In this document: piece by piece, positions 10,484-23,598 of the stretch
How positions within the stretch are numbered: position 1 is the first letter of the stretch
How the letters are laid out: each line of letters opens with the position of its first letter
DNA from: Trichosphaerium sp. ATCC 40318
Lineage: Eukaryota; Protista; Tubulinea
Length of the DNA: 64,000 nucleotides
Assembly: GCA_038496445.1 (NCBI GenBank)
Contig: JALMLS010000130.1
Location: 1-64,000, forward strand
Direction: 5' to 3'
The notes under the pieces: generated by a model
What the model was told of the DNA's origin: nothing
Database searches by the model: none
The model's input: the letters and a program-made list of their open reading frames with translations, nothing else
Translations under genes and position numbers: made by a program

Positions 10484-12234
10484 ATGAGTACAGCAAAAGC
10501 TGCGACCGTTGAGGTTCCAAAAACGATGAAAGCCTTATATAAAGCAAAAGCCGTAGAGGGCTACGAATTAGTAACTATGGATGTGCCTACGCCCACAGGT
10601 AACGTGATTACGGATTGTTGTTGCGTTTTTAATTGGCTGTAGGCGCTCAAGCTTTAATTCGCGTTGAAAAAGTTGGGATATGCGGCTCAGATATTCCGCT
10701 ATACAAGGTACTAAAATGCGCTTGTAGGCTCAAGTTAGACATTAATTCTTTTCTCATTTACACTTTCTTAACATTTTGTTTTTTGGCAAAGGGGGACATT
10801 AATCTGGAATATTTGGTGTTAGGGGTACTCACGTGCTAATAGTGGGATGCAGTTGGGCAAAGTATTGCCGACTTACCTTTTGTACCAGGGCATGAAGCTG
10901 TAGGTACGCCCTGAGTCCACAAGAGCATCGCCCAGCTAGGCGCTTATTTTGCCAAAATAGTCCAAAAACATGTCACGTGACATTTCGTAGGTATTGTCGT
11001 AGCACACGGTCCTGACGTAGATAGAAAAGACATCGCTATAGGGACGCGTGTTTGTGTAGAAAATCACTACTATTGCGGTACCCTGAGACTTCAAGTTTAA
11101 TTTTCTCTAATATTAAAAAGGCGACTGTTACCAATGTGGGCATGATTTGCGTCATATTTGCCAAAAGATGGGTCAGTTCGGTCATGGTATGGGAACGGAT
11201 AGGAGTATTGCGGAACAGGGAGGGTAAGCATCCTATAGAAATATGTCGTAACTAACCTTAATAGTTGTGCTCAATACGCTGTTGTTCCATCACGAAACTT
11301 GTACCCAATTACAAGGTACGATCTTGCTTTGTTTCAAGAACCTGAGTTGCTTACTCATAAACAGTTCTATATCTATCAATGATGCCTGCTTACTTGAGCC
11401 TTTTGGCGTTGCTCACCAAGCCTGTGAAGCAGCTGAAGTGCGTAAAGGAGATGATTTAGTTGTGCTTGGATGTGGTACTGTTGGCCTCTTCGTTGTACAA
11501 ATAGCAAAAGGTTCGAACAAAAAAGTTATGTGACATTTTAGTAATAATATTCGTGTTAGCTTGGGGAGCATCAAAGATCGTTGTTGTTGATATCGATACC
11601 AAGAAGCTTGAGCTAGGTGAGACATCATTAAGTTATCGTAGATCTAACAACTAGATAGCCAAGAGCCTGGGCGCTGATGTTTGTGTCAATGGTAGAGAAG
11701 AAAAAGATCTTAAAGCTCGCATCATGGCGGAGACTGAAGGTAATGGTATCGGCCACTTGGTAGAAGCTACAGGTTTGATATTATAGTTGCTACTTTACAA
11801 TCGCTTATGTGCACAAGGTGCACCGCCACTTGTTAACAAGTGTTTTGAGATGGTCCGTAAAGGTGGCAATGTGTGTCTTGTTGGTATTCCAAAGAAGCAA
11901 ATCACCATTGAAGGAAATGCAAAGGATTTCGTTTTCAGGTAAACTTCAGGTTCATTACTCTATTGCATGTGAACTGATATCATTGAAGGAATCTTACTGT
12001 ACGTGGTATTCATGGAAGGAAGCTTTTCCATACTTGGATTGAGTCTGAAAAGTTGATGGCATCCAAAGTGGTATGTAACCCTAACTCCACCTTGATTTTT
12101 TGTCATAACTTTTTTTGAAGGTGACACCAGAAGCTGTTGTATCACATGATATTCCGTTATCTGATTATAAGAAAGCATTTGATGCCTTGCTTAGTGGCAA
12201 GTGTATGAAAATTTTGTTAAACCCACAAGAGTAA
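10484..12234 (+). CDS. tdh: Zinc-dependent (MDR-type) L-threonine 3-dehydrogenase-like protein, 12 exons
   Basis: MKALYKAKAVEG, GICGSD..Y.WD, GHE, structural Zn CGDCYQC..HIC, GCGTVG, RGIHGRKLFHTW, all resembling bacterial Tdh. Confidence 0.85.
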
Positions 12235-12464
12235 ATAAACATTTTCCCATTTTACATCAGAACTTGGACGATTTTAAAGGTATTATAAGAAACAAACTGT
12301 ACTTTGTTTTTTGAATAGGTTGAAAAATGTGGCCACAGTGAGTTACCCTCAATTTAAACTCATATTTCAAACTAGGTATACAAAAGGAGTGCAACAACCT
12401 CTTTGTTGTTAAAGATTTTCTGCTGCAAAATTTTTTTGTTTTTTTTTTTTTTGTTTTTTTTTTT

Positions 12465-12734
12465 TTACATTCTTGGGCTTCCGCCTTCGAATGCCATTTT
12501 TGCTAGATCTGTGTCATAGCTGGATATCATTATGATATTTGATACGCCTGTAGGTGGGTAGTAGAGGTCTTCTACCTGTGGGTCCCAAGTCAGAGCGTAG
12601 GTGTAGTTTGGTCTGGTATTAACCAGGATGCTTTTAGGGACTGTGACCGTGACTTTAATCACTAATGGTCTGCCCAGTAGAGAATTGTATTTTTTACGAG
12701 CGTACTTTCGCACTGCTCGGAGTAGTCTTGACAT
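12465..12734 (-). CDS. Intronless orphan ORF (89 aa) directly followed by a poly(A) tract
   Basis: ATG..TAA, with the stop running into ~35 nt of A (T-tract 12431-12466 on +). Confidence 0.5.
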   Translation of the reverse strand: MSRLLRAVRKYARKKYNSLLGRPLVIKVTVTVPKSILVNTRPNYTYALTWDPQVEDLYYPPTGVSNIIMISSYDTDLAKMAFEGGSPRM

Positions 12735-13034
12735 GTCAAGCAGAAGTATAGATATTATAGTTGTATTATTCGTATGCTTCCACTAGATAAAAAAATCATT
12801 TTTCTTTTAACCAAGTAATTTCTTGTTGCAAAAAAATTGTGGTTTGCTATGGTTTTTGAGAAAACCTCTCCAATGTGTTGTACACGGTAATATAAGCATA
12901 TCAAGTCCAATCGATAGTAGATACACGGATTTCGATGTTTGGGTTTTAAGATGTAGAGTTATGAAGTAAATCGGGATTGCAATGTTGAGAAACAAATATG
13001 AAAAAGTGAAATTCGAAAAAGACTTAAATGCAAC

Positions 13035-13610
13035 TTACACCTGTTTCTGCGTTCCTGTGTGGTATCTTCCAGGCGTATTTTGAGACTCATCTATATTTAA
13101 AAGGGAATGCAAAATAATAAGAACACGAAGAACCGAGAATTTGCGTAATCAACCTTTATTTACTGGTGGTATGTTATTAATATAAAGTACGGTGTTTCCG
13201 TGTTGTTTTGACCCAAAAAAAAAGGAGATCTTTCTGTTGTAGCTTCCATCAAGCGCTTGTCGCTCAAAACTTGCCTCGACGTTATAACGTAAATATATCA
13301 TAGCGTTGGTGACGGTTTGAACTTGTAACTTGCCTTTTCGGTTTCAAAAACGTGATCGTACCGTTACCGATTTTCTGTTGACTTTTGCTCTCAAACGACC
13401 TTGTATGTAATATGAGAGATAGTCGCATAACTATGAAGCCACTGTAACCTTTTTGGCGCTTTTGGCGCTTTTTCAGTTCAAAATAGCGTTAGCCTTCCTC
13501 TTTTGTATTAGCGAGAGTCATATCGTGTATTCCTTACATTCGCGATGCGTTAAAGCTCTTTTGAGCTGGTTCTGCGCCAACTGCCTATGAACGACTCTAT
13601 CTCTCCATCT
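13035..13610 (-). CDS. Possible spliced hypothetical protein, model incomplete
   Basis: Open segments WRDRVVHRQLAQNQLKRALTHRE, GRLRAKVNRKSVT, ASFERQALDG..PPVNK|DESQNTPG..QV*. The 5' end is unresolved. Confidence 0.3.
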
Positions 13611-13734
13611 GTACTACACCCGACCCACACAAGTAACAGAACCAATTTCGAATGAACCTGAAGTACACAACAACTTAACTGTTTCACAAAAAAACGTAAG
13701 TGGTAGACTAAACAGCAAAAAGAGACCATAAAAC

Positions 13735-16700
13735 TTAATTGTTTATTGATACTTTTGGACTTGGACCAGATACATTTACAGGCAAGGCTTTGCCTAGGAG
13801 GTTTTTCCCATTTAGGAATATATTCACCTCGTATTTGCCTGGATATAACGCCAGGTACTCTATTTTGTAATATCCAGCAGACTCACGGAATACTGAGTGC
13901 TTAACTGGAGACACACCAGTAATGTCAAACTAAACAAAAACATAAGAACACACAACCCTGATTCTAACAAAAAGATAAAAAAACTCGTACTGCCAAGAAG
14001 TTAGCCTCGACATCCAATGGTTCTCCGTTTTCTCTTAATAGTGTAACAAAGAAAAAGTTGGTGCTATCAGTCTTTCCGACTTTAAGTGCTCTACCTTTAA
14101 GCTTGCATTTTGCCTTTGGAAAGCTTGGTGCTAATAAAGAGTACAAAATAAGTTTCACAAAAGAACAAAGGGACAAGTATTCAGACGTACGTGGATGTGG
14201 TGCAGCAATGACTTCAACGACTTGCCTGTATACTTCCTTACGGAACAATCTAACAACAAGGGTGTATTGTCCAGGTGTAGTAGGTTTGCAGCCTGCTTTG
14301 TACTTACCTAAGTAATCAGTTAAACAGTTTGTCTAATGAATTGTATGGGTAACATACCAATACCATGTTGGATGATTCTAGGTTGTAGCTTATCTGTTGA
14401 ACTCTCCATGGTGATATCAAAACCAATGGTACCAACATGTACAGGTTCTCCTGTTTGTGTTTTTGCGCCAATGTTGATGTTGAATGGATGGTTGCTGTAT
14501 GCTTTGCGAATACGATCTACAGCCAGTTTTTTTACTGGTTGAGCTTTTGAAAACTGTTAGCAAAACAAAGAGTCTTGTAAAGAACAAAAACTGCCTACCT
14601 GTTGTCACAAATACAGAGAAAGAACCACCTTCAATAACTGTATCACTGAGGGTAACTTTGAAGTCGTAATGTCCTAATCAAGGGAGTCAACATAGCGTAC
14701 ATTGAGTAGCAGTTGTTTATGCTTTTGGAGATAGTTGTTGTTGCTTACCTGGTTGTTGAGGCAAGAAGCTAACGATGTATGTGCCATCGCTGTTATCTTT
14801 TATACGTGGCTTCAATAAACCAGGTCCTGAGCCTTCAACAATGAAGTCATCTCCACCAGTTGATAACTATTGTTTTCTTTGTAAATACAATAACTAAATC
14901 GAATACGGGCGTACTTGAACTCCAGCATCGCTTTTTGCGATGATTGTGAATGAGCAGGATGTTGACACTTTACCACGAACAATGTTGGATACTTGACATT
15001 TTGCAGGAGATGCCTTTGCATTTGCTTGTTGGGCTGCTTTGTCAGCAGCTTCCTTGGCTTCTCTGTCAGCTTGTTCCTTAGCTTCTCTATCAGCTTGCTC
15101 TTTGGCTTCTTTGTCAGCTTGTTCTTTAGCTTCTCTATCAGCTTGCTCTTTAGCTTCTCTGTCGGCTTGCTCTTTGGCCTCTCTATCAGCTTTTTCTTTT
15201 GCCTCACGCTCTGCTTGTTCTCTGGCTTCTTTATCAGCTTGCTCTTTGGCTTCTCTGTCAGCTTGTTCCTTAGCTTCTCTATCAGCTTGCTCTTTGGCTT
15301 CTCTGTCGGCTTGTTCCTTGGCTTCCTTATCAGCTTGCTCTTGGGCTTCTTTGTCAGCAGCTTCTTTGGCTTCTTTGTCAGCTTGTTCCTTGGCTTCTTT
15401 GTCAGCTTGTTCCTTGGCTTCCCGTTCAGCTTGTTCTTGGGCTTCTTTGTCAGCTTGTTCTTTGGCTTCTCTATCAGCTTTCTCTTTCGCTTCACGCTCA
15501 GCGGCTTCGTTAGCTTCTCTTTCAGCATTATCCTTCTCCTCTTGTTCCAATCTTTCTTTATCAGCAGCTTCCTTCTCAAGACGGTCTGCTTCAGCTTTTT
15601 CAGCTGCAAGTTTGTTTGCATTTTCAGCAACATCCATTGTCATTGTGTGAATGACATCTCCGTACAAAGAAATACTAAAACACATATTAACAAAGTAATG
15701 TACTAATAGCAGAAGTAATCTTACGTTACTTCAAGAGAACCTGTCTCTGCAGGTGTTACATCAACATTAACAGAGGTAGACCGTTTTGTAATACTCTTTT
15801 CAGCTTGTGCGCTGAACGTAATATCAAAGTCTTCTTCCTTGAACTCTGCAGAAAGACCACTACAAACGATGTTAGGTATTGCATGTAACTGCCTTTTTCA
15901 AGGGTATATACCTGCTGTCCTTTATGCGTATTGAAAGTGTTGTGCTTTCACCAACCATAACATCTCTGTCACCGCCTGTAACAGTAACACTGAGAGTACT
16001 AGGATCTAAGAAATGTCAAAAAAATAAAGAAATCTTGAGACTTAGTTTTTCCTGGCGTACCATATTTACAAGGTACAGTAAATGGACTGCCTTTGATGGC
16101 TTTGCGTTGGCACTTAATTTCAAGGTCGCATGGTCCTGGACTACGTGGATTAAGGACCACAGTGTAGGTACCGTCATCTAAAAAGAAATCAGCCAATAGC
16201 ACGTCATCACTATTGCTATGCGTACTGTTGTCTGTGACATTGGCACGTCCGCATCCGGAGACTCTAATTGAGTCTCCTCCTTTCGTTTTCGCTTCACCAG
16301 ATTTATCCCTTTAGATACAAAGTTAGAGTGCTATTATTTTTCTTTTTTTTTGTTATTGTAGAAGGTATACCTGGCAGTAACGACTAGTGTACAATCTTGC
16401 CCAACCAGTAAGACATCTGGTATCTCAGCAGTACATTCAGCAGGTTCAGTAGCTAAAATAAAGCATTAATGTCCTGCAGTAATAAGAATTGTATATCTTA
16501 CGTGGTGCAAAAGTGGCGCTTTTTGATGTTGATACTCCTTTGATAGTAACTTCAAAGGAATGTTCACCGCCTTCTTCTGGGGTAAAAGTAACAGATATAG
16601 CACCTCTTGTAGTACGGAAGCTAAATAATAGTCAGTTTGCTGACAAGGAAAGGTGCAAGAGCGTACGTGTTTTGTACATCTTTTCCTCCGCATTTGACAG

Positions 16701-19481
16701 CAACAGATACGTCTTCATCAGACATGCTGTAGCGGTCTCCATTATCTGAAACTCGTACCTTGAAAGAAGCGCGTTCACTGGGAAACATTAGCACGCACAA
16801 TAGTATATAGACTATTGAAACTTACCCAACATCACCACCTTCAAGTGCTTCACCTTCCCATTCGAAGCTGAGTTCTGGTGCCTCTGGCTCTGGCTCAGGT
16901 TCAGGTTCAGGTTCAGGCTCTGCTTTAACTGGTTCAGGCTCTGGTTCGGGTTCAGGTTCAGGCTCTGCTTTAACTGGTTCAGGCTCAGGTTCAGGTTCAG
17001 GTTCAGGCTCTTGTTTTGGCTCTTCCTTTGCTTCTAAATGCCATGTTAGGATAAGTTATGCAGTGATATTACTGTACCTCCTGCTACAGTGAGTGAATAA
17101 GGACACCCTTCAAGGAGTTGCCCAGATATTGTGATATCAACGGTATGTTTGCCAGGCTCAGCAGTCTCCCACTCAACGTCAAATGTACCATCTTCATTAT
17201 CAAACGCCTGAGCAACAGTACGACCTCCTGGAGCCATAACCTAAATATATGTTGGAGTGTGAACGATAGCATGTAAAAGGAAACGAACCTTTACATCAAT
17301 ATCAGATTCGCTGACATTAAAAATCTCGCCGTCATCATCTGTTTGCTAATCTCAGCTTTTAACGTATATAAAATTCGTACCTTTAGGTTCAATGGTGAAT
17401 ACCATAGGTATACCAGAACCACTTGCATCACTAATACCAGACCCAATAACTTCTGTCTTTGAAAGAGATAATTTCTTTGCAGCAGGTTCAGGTTGTTTTT
17501 CTTTTTCTTCAAATAAAATCGATTAAATTTCGCGAAGGAGAAGTATAAACAAGGTATGTAGGGTACCTCCAATAAAAACTTTCCATGGGCTACCAGGAAT
17601 AGGACCATCTTTTACAGATACATCAATAGTATACTCTCCATCTTGGGAAGGCGTATACTCTACATCAAACATGCCAGGCTCATCATCATTTTCGAATACA
17701 AGAACATCCGCATGTGGTGTTACAGTGACAGTAATAGCTTCTTTTGTGGCTGCTACTTGCTCGTTCTTACTGTTTCGCAAATAAATTGTAAAGAATGCAA
17801 CTTCATCTTTCTTAAGAGACTCACTACATCACAATTAGAAATAAGGCTACTCACTAACTTTTTTGCAAAGTAGTTACCTCGATACGCCACAACCTTCAGC
17901 GCCACACTTGCTTCTATCAATCACAACCTTTTCTTGGCGTGGAGAACTCACTGGTTCAGGTTCTACAGCTATATTCTTCTTCTTACCACCGCTTACTTTA
18001 AGAGCGAAAGGTGAGTTTTTAATTGGTTGACCCTGAACAAAGACTTCGATTTTATATGTGCCAGGTGCTCCTGTTTTGTACTCAACATCGAATGAACCTA
18101 AAAAAAGCAATCAGATAATACCATTTAAACACCAAAAATGGGATTTACCGTCGTCATTGTCAAAGCACTCATTCTCCATTTCATTGCCTTCTGTATCAAT
18201 AATAGTAACTTTGATATGTTCCTAATTTTTTTCGAAAGAGTTAGTGACTTTTTGTGTATGTAATTGTGTTTGTGATAATGTCTATCGTACAGCTGTGATT
18301 GCACCTTTAGCGTAAACAGTAAAGTATGCAGTGTCATTGGCTTTAGCTTTTTCTGTGCCTGGACCTTCTGCATAGACGTTTGGATTTGGCTCTGTCGAGA
18401 TTGAAGAGGTCGCTTTAGAAGCAGGTGCTGCGTTTGGATCGGTTTTTTCAATTGTGAATGGCGAACCCTGCAACAACGAGTTAGTGCCTGTGAGTTATTG
18501 CGAAACTGCTAATTTACCTTGATAGGTGTTGTGCCAACAATAACAGATACTACATATTCTCCAGGAGTAGCGAGAGTGTACTCAATGTCGAAGGACTTAT
18601 CTTCGTTATCGAACACTTCAGCAACAGGAGTTTCAGGCCCTGTAATACTGACCTAATACGCCACGTTTAACAAATAAGGCCACGGGAGTATGCTACTAGT
18701 AGTAACACGTACTTTGAAATCGTCGGCGCTAACTGGAGATAAAGCAGTTTCACAGTAAACTGTCAACACTTGTGGTGCATCTGTGATAGGTCCACTTTCT
18801 ATTCCGTTACCCTCGACTGTAAATACTTCTTGACTACTCGGTTCGTCACCAGCTATTAAAACATTTATAAGCTTATTAGAGAGAACAGGAAACATTGGTT
18901 TTGGCTCAAACTCGGCGTTCAGATTTTCGGCTAAAATGCATTTTTAACATGTACTCACCGTCTTCTTCAGAACCTAATCTAAGCATCCATGGGCTTCCTT
19001 TTACAGGCCTTCTTTTGATCTTTACGCTAAGCGTGTAATTGTTTTTCTCTTTTAGTTCGTATTCGACATCAAAGGTACCGTCAGCGTTATCGAATACCTC
19101 TGCTTGTATATTTCCTTCAAAGCGTTAACCAAAAAAGAGAAAAACTTTTTGTTATCTAATTCAAACCTGGATTAATGGTCACTGAGACATCTTCATCCGT
19201 TATGCCGTCTCCTGCGTACAGCGTAAAGTAGGAAATTTCTCCTGTTGAAACGAGTGTCAGGTTAAAGATCCTTTTGCCCATTTTGGATAACTGTCGAAAC
19301 AATAACGACACTGTTATAAAACGTACCGACTTTTACTTCGGAACCCAGACCTGGACCTTCACAATACTAGCGTAATGTTAATAAAGAAACTGCGTAACGG
19401 GGCGTGAAAGAGCTAAGCCAAGCATAGAGAGATGTTTGTAGTTGTACATCTCCCGTTTTCGTTGTGTTAATAACGTACCAT
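13735..19481 (-). CDS. Large filamin/ABP280 Ig-repeat protein with EP-rich and charged helical spacers, no CH domain seen
   Basis: Many repeats of type [22 protein letters not shown]...G.PI.GSPF. The ATG is followed directly by an intron and a filamin repeat. Confidence 0.85.
15040..15520 (-). repeat. Coding 24-bp tandem repeat encoding (EAKEQAD[KR])n, about 19-20 copies
   Basis: Seen directly in ORF 14894..15685. Confidence 0.95.
16880..17012 (-). repeat. Coding Glu-Pro repeat ([13 protein letters not shown])
   Basis: (ggttca/ggctct)n on the + strand. Confidence 0.9.
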
Positions 19482-20066
19482 GTTGGAATACTTCTTTTCT
19501 GTTGTTTAGAGTGATCTTCGTGAGTGGTGCCAAATAGCGTTGAATTGGCTGATGGTGCTATATTTTGACTACAGTACTATTAAACGATATTCATTGTACT
19601 CGGGAGCGCTATTAGCCAGACTACGCAAGCGATCTGCCTGTGCGTCGTTTTGAGGCGTCAAAACTATCCCAAGATATCGCTGGTGCATTTGCCTACCTGT
19701 GGCGCTTTTACAAGTGGCACGTTTCAAACCCGTCAGAGTTGGGCCAAAATAATCTGTTAATTAATAGAACTTAATCCGACACTAAATCAAGTTCTTCTAC
19801 GGACTTACCTACGCGTGTATACGATTGCCAAGGCTTTCACTTTACACAAGTACGGAATCGAGTTGGCAGAGTAGTCAGAATAGTGTACTATTGATAGCCG
19901 CGGATATTTTAAGCGTGCAAATTCACCAAGCTGGCTAATTAAACGTCACAAACACGTCCCAAAACAAAAATAGGAGCGATTAGGTTGGTTTTTTTTGCAA
20001 ACACGTGACAAGATGACGCCAGCAATCTACCCAATGACCTTTTTTTTTCGTATTTTTACAGGATAT

Positions 20067-22919
20067 TTACACAACAGCCGCGTCATACACTGCCGACCAC
20101 AAATACTTGAGCTGTTGTAAGCTTGCGTGACGTAACTCAACTTCCAGCAAGAAATGTGCTTTCTGTTCCAAAGTGATAGCTCTTTAAAAAAAACTGTGAG
20201 TAAAACGCATGGATTCAAAAAGAAAAAAAAAAGGATTGTGGATGTACCCTAAAATCATCTCCATAGCCTCACTCCACAGAGATGCCTCCGCTTGTAAATT
20301 TTTACGTAGCAACTCAATCGTTGCGGTCTTTTCCAATAACTTAAAGAATTAATCAGCATTTAATTGAGAATTGATGACATACTTTCTGAACGTCTGGCCT
20401 TTGAGAGCCTTGGGCTTCTGCTAACGCTTTTTGTTGCTGTTGGAACATGCGGTCTATCTCAGCGTTTATATCCATACGTTCAGACTCAACAGTTTTCATA
20501 GCTGCGTAATGATTCTTTACAATATCCTCGATTGCTGTTGTTTGTTGTTTGCTCAAGTTAGGACTAAAGTCCATAACTTTTTTGGCAAAGTCAGCAATAC
20601 CACCATTGCAAGCCTCTAATTCGCTAATTCTAATGACATTGGAGAAGAATCCACTTGTGACAAGGTGAGAAACCGTGGTAGGGCTTATAAGTTCCTGAAT
20701 TTAAAGCGTAAGTACAACACAATCAAAATCGAAAAAAAAAAAAAAAAGGTGACATACATCAAGATGGTTGCTACCAAGTTGAGACAAAGTCATGTTGATA
20801 GCATCAATCTGTGATAATAAATCTTTCAATTCAGTTTGTGGCATTCCACCTTTAAAAGAAGTCAGCGGAATGAAAATACAGCTTTTTTTTTAGCACGAAC
20901 CATTCTTCATTTTAGTTCGTAATTTAGTTAACAACACGCGTCTTTGTTGCTCCAACTACCGTCGCTGTTAGCAAATGCAAATATAATAAGGTGTAAGCAA
21001 CTTGACATACCTCTGTCGAGTTATTTACGCGTGTATTTTTAAGGTAAGTGTTTTCTTCTGCTAACTTACGAAGTAACTCTTGCTGTTGTTGGAAATCTTG
21101 CATGAGTTTGTTATTTTCATTTGTTAATGATTCCATTTTATTATTTAGTTGCTCTACGAACGCCTTGGGGGGAGATAAAATTAGATTTCGTTGTTTTTCA
21201 TGATATGGCAATAGGCATACCTTTTTACGTTGACGGTATAGTCTTGAAGCATTACGACTCTTAGCAGCCCTGATAGGATTAATCAATACTCGAATTACCG
21301 TATGCGGAAACGAGAAGTGTAAAAGGTAATTAAAAAAAAAAATACAATAAAAGAACAAATTTAATCTCACCGTTGTTCTAGTTTCTCTTCGGCTGATTTG
21401 GTTGCGTTTTTTCTTTTTTTGCCACGTTTGGCTTTAGAAGAAGGGGGCGCACTGGTACTAACATCTGCTTGTGCGGTTCGTTTTTGCCTCTAATTAAAAA
21501 AAGAAGTGAGTTAATTCACAATCTTTTTTAAACACTTTCTCTTCCAAACAGGAAAAAATAATAAAGCACGTGGTTGTACCTTTGATGGATTTGGTTCTTT
21601 GGTGTCGTTCAAGTTTAATGATGCATTTAATTGGTCAGAGATGGTATTGCCACCTGATTTCGAGCGCGTAAGTAACGACTTGAGGCGGTTCTTTTTCCGA
21701 CGCTTTAAACGCGTACTCGTTAGAAAGCCATCCATAAAAGTTGAGTCTTGTGGTTCAAGATTAGTTGAGAATATATCACTTTTGCCAATAGACCGCGTGA
21801 TTGGCCCTCCAGTGACTTGAGGCACAGGCTGCTCGATTGGCGGGAATAAATCAGCACCTTGAGAGGTGAGGACGGGTCCAGATGTAAACGTAGAAGGGGG
21901 TTGTATAATTTGCTGAGGTAGAGCAGGTTGTAGGTTTACATCGGGATAAAAATCTGCCAATCCCATCAAAAAGTCTCTCTCCGCTAATGTTCCACGGCGA
22001 GAATCAGCAGTAAGCTAACAAGGCGTAAGTTGAAACCGAAACGGGTGATAACAAGTAAAAACCGTAATACACATTGAATTAGTAAATTGTTAATAATAAA
22101 TACGAATAATGTACCTGCTGTGGTGCAGCACCAGGGTCGTATGATGCCTACGAAAGGGTAAAAAAAAATACACACTAGAAATGGTGGTTGTAATTGGATT
22201 TTTGGTGTGGACAAAAAAGGAAAAAAAAATTTGATCAAGTCTAGCCTTTTACCTCAAAAGCAGCCTCAGACGCTTTAAAGTTATTTGTAATCCAGTAATC
22301 TGAGAAAGAATAATAGTATTGCTTATCTTCAAACTGTAAAGAGTGTCAGATATCTATTAAAAATATAATACGCGGCGCCATACAGCGTGGTCGTGAGTAA
22401 CGTGAAAGATGATGCCTTTGTCAAGCACTTGCTGGCCAATAAATCTTGCTTCCTCTCTGGAAGAAAGCTGCATTGATCCTACCATCCAATCTATAGCTTG
22501 CTTACCTTTTACGTAGACAGTTAAAAGATTGGCGTGGTCTGAGATAAAAAAAAACCACCAGGGGACGAATAAGAGAGGTTTTTTAACGTGGTTTTGCTCC
22601 GAAAACCGTTCAGTTTAGTTTAAAACCTTACCAACGAAGCAGTCTTTGTACACTCGTAATCTGTACGTGCGATCCTTTCTTACCACGCCAATGTACATAT
22701 TCATAGCAATGGTCTCAATCTGAGCATTATTAGATTACTGTGAGATGAAAGAACGCTCAACGGGCTTGTTGGCGTATTTTTCCCTCGTTGTGTTTGCCAA
22801 ATACGAAGGTAAGGACTCTTTACACCTACCTCTTCGACCGAGAGTAGCCTATTAAATTTGAAGCCTGGATCAAATTCATTCAAGCCCATTTGTAGTGGTA
22901 TGTTGTTGTCTTCAGCCAT
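20067..22919 (-). CDS. DEP-domain + bZIP transcription factor (DimA/DimB-like basic region) with a helical C-terminal domain
   Basis: DEP: KDRTYRLRVYKDCFVGKQAIDWM..SREEARFIGQQVLDKGIIFHVTHDHAFEDKQYYYSF. bZIP: KSRNASRLYRQRKKAFVEQL..L..L. The exons join in frame. Confidence 0.85.
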
Positions 22920-23598
22920 TTGATGTTGTGGAAGGATTGGGGGGGTTTATGGCGAAAAGGTGGAGGATAATTGTTAAAAACACTGACTAAAGGACCATGT
23001 GAAAAAAAAAAAACCCTTGTACAGAAATGAATAGTACTATAGCGACATTGGTTCTGTTACGCCCCAGCAGCATGACAACAGAATTGGAAGTTTTTGTCGT
23101 CACTATCGCGTTGTGTTGTGCGAAAATTGAATTTCAAACACACTTCGAGTAGGCACGAAAGTTGTTGGGCGAACGCTTACACAGGAAGTTGCTTGAGTTA
23201 TCAGAAAATGTTGCACTTTTCGCATTTTGACATGTTTAGTGGTATGAAATTAGTAGCGTAATAACTCGACTTTTCAGCTTGGCCAAGGCAACAAAAATGC
23301 ACTGTGTGGGTGTTAAACTTACGCAGTCCTGCTCACTATCGCAATACTGTGCTGGAATATGCTGTTGCAAGTATTACAACAGTATATACATCGTATTTTA
23401 AGCCAGAGTAAATTGCCAAAAAGTTTGAGTTTTCTGCCAAAAGTTGACGAGAAGCCATAGGTTATAAATGAGAAATTTATTGAGCCGATAAGCTGGATAA
23501 GTCAAAAAGTCGGTCGGACAGATTTCGCAAATGTTTACTGACTGGCCGTTTATGTACAATCGCTAGCACATGTTCAAAATGTACAGTGAGGTATGCCT

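Noticed and set aside
14812-15706. Long overlapping ORFs 14812..15633(-), 14993..15706(+) and 15039..15650(+)
   Set aside because: Shadow frames of the 24-bp coding repeat; only the EAKEQAD frame splices into the filamin gene.
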